A stretch of 64,000 nucleotides of DNA, from positions 5,368-69,367 of the forward strand of contig JAABRX010000001.1 in the NCBI GenBank assembly GCA_011390675.1. Direction: 5' to 3'. Each line of letters starts with the position of its first letter. The first letter of the stretch is position 1. The DNA is from Trueperaceae bacterium. Its GTDB lineage: Bacteria; Deinococcota; Deinococci; Deinococcales; Trueperaceae. The notes beneath the pieces were generated by a model. That model was not told the DNA's origin. It searched no databases and saw only the letters and a list, made by a program, of their open reading frames with translations. Shown in pieces: positions 63,350-64,000 of this stretch. The position numbers and the translations under genes are program-made.

Positions 63350-64000
63350 TCGACGTCCAGGTCATCGACAGCCACACCGGCGGTGAGCCGACGCGGGTGG
63401 TGATCGCCGGCGGCCCGGACCTGGGGTCGGGCACGCTCGCCGAGCGGCGCGCGCGCTTCGACGCGGCGTGCGCCGACTGGCGCGACGCCGTGATCCGCGA
63501 GCCGCGCGGGCACGCGGCGATGGTGGGGGCGCTGCTGCTGCCGCCGGACGCGCCCGATGCCGCGGCCGGGGTGCTGTTCTTCAACGACGTCGGCAGCCTG
63601 GGCATGTGCGGTCACGGCACGATCGGATTGCTCGTGACCTTGTGCGAACTGGGGCGCGTCGGTCTGGGTGCGCACCGCATCGACACCCCGGTCGGATCGG
63701 TCGGGGCCACGCTGCACGACCCGCACACCGTCGAGATCGCGAACGTGCCGGCGTACCGCCACCGCGCCGCCGTGGCGCTCGACGTCCCCGGCGTGGGTCG
63801 GGTGGTGGGCGACGTCGCCTGGGGCGGCAACTGGTTCTTCCTGGTGCACGGCGCGCGCGCCGACCTCGACCTCGCGCACGTCGACGCGCTGACCGCGGAG
63901 GCCAAGGCGATCCGCGCGGCTCTCGACGCGTCGGGCGTCACCGGCGCGGACGGCGCCGCCATCGACCACGTGGAGTTCAACGGCCCATCGCCCACCGCGG
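63346..64000 (+). CDS. Proline racemase-family protein (4-hydroxyproline 2-epimerase-like), truncated at the window end
   Basis: My own translation from ATG 63346 (ATGA overlap): [25 protein letters not shown], catalytic-Cys context [15 protein letters not shown]. No stop before 64000. Confidence 0.8.
   Translation, partial: MIDVQVIDSHTGGEPTRVVIAGGPDLGSGTLAERRARFDAACADWRDAVIREPRGHAAMVGALLLPPDAPDAAAGVLFFNDVGSLGMCGHGTIGLLVTLCELGRVGLGAHRIDTPVGSVGATLHDPHTVEIANVPAYRHRAAVALDVPGVGRVVGDVAWGGNWFFLVHGARADLDLAHVDALTAEAKAIRAALDASGVTGADGAAIDHVEFNGPSPTA

Noticed and set aside
1-64000. A search for defence systems, prophage, IS elements, integrases, toxin-antitoxin pairs, rRNA, tRNA and CRISPR.
   Set aside because: None were recognised in any frame. 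The accessory-looking content is limited to the rep/iteron module, the signalling genes and a few hypothetical proteins.

Overview
The window is very GC-rich (about 70% by eye, not computed) and gene-dense. I call about 60 protein-coding genes. I found no rRNA, tRNA, CRISPR array, transposase, integrase or recognisable defence gene.

Gene order:
- **1-1285:** non-coding. It has the layout of an iteron-type replication origin: a dispersed repeat family, an AT-rich island, five 22-bp iterons and a sigma70-like promoter.
- **1286-3587:** a Rep_3/RepB-like initiator with an SRAP (YedK/HMCES-type) abasic-site protein 4 nt downstream.
- **3611-9259 (-):** five coupled genes: AlgF-like, AlgI-like MBOAT, AlgJ/AlgX-like, and two secreted alpha/beta hydrolases.
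- **9824-13722:** ligA-polX, joined by an ATGA overlap.
- **13847-15277:** a DtxR/MntR-type regulator unit.
- **15250-18258 (-):** a 1002-aa PAS/GAF/HD-GYP protein.
- **18711-24499:** the seven-gene mrpABCDEFG operon.
- **24561-36128:** kbl-tdh, then NUDIX, TetR, DinB, MarR, YceI and HxlR genes, pepA, two rhodaneses and a fasciclin lipoprotein.
- **36219-49894:** a CUT1-type sugar ABC importer, a Zn peptidase, a methyltransferase, a PAS-GGDEF-EAL protein, DUF1684 plus a CaCA antiporter, and a Dpp-like ABC importer.
- **49900-60081 (-):** a co-directional array of Fe(III) ABC SBP, permease, two tandem GAF-PAS-GGDEF-EAL paralogs and a double HD-GYP protein.
- **60281-64000:** an ICMT-like methyltransferase and a hydroxyproline-type cluster (FAD oxidoreductase, prolyl aminopeptidase, partial proline-racemase-family epimerase).

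Main leads:
1. The iteron origin and oversized Rep sit on DNA that otherwise carries housekeeping genes.
2. The rep-SRAP and ligA-polX couplings.
3. The AlgF/I/J-plus-esterase operon has no alginate synthesis genes nearby.
4. c-di-GMP turnover genes make up about a fifth of the window and are linked to an iron importer.
5. TAnnnT -10 boxes recur 5-8 nt upstream of start codons, which suggests leaderless mRNAs.

PolX, the leaderless architecture and the AQ-type signal-peptide cleavage sites suggest a Deinococcota-like organism. That is inference only.

Many long track ORFs are antisense or out-of-frame artefacts of the high GC content and were rejected.
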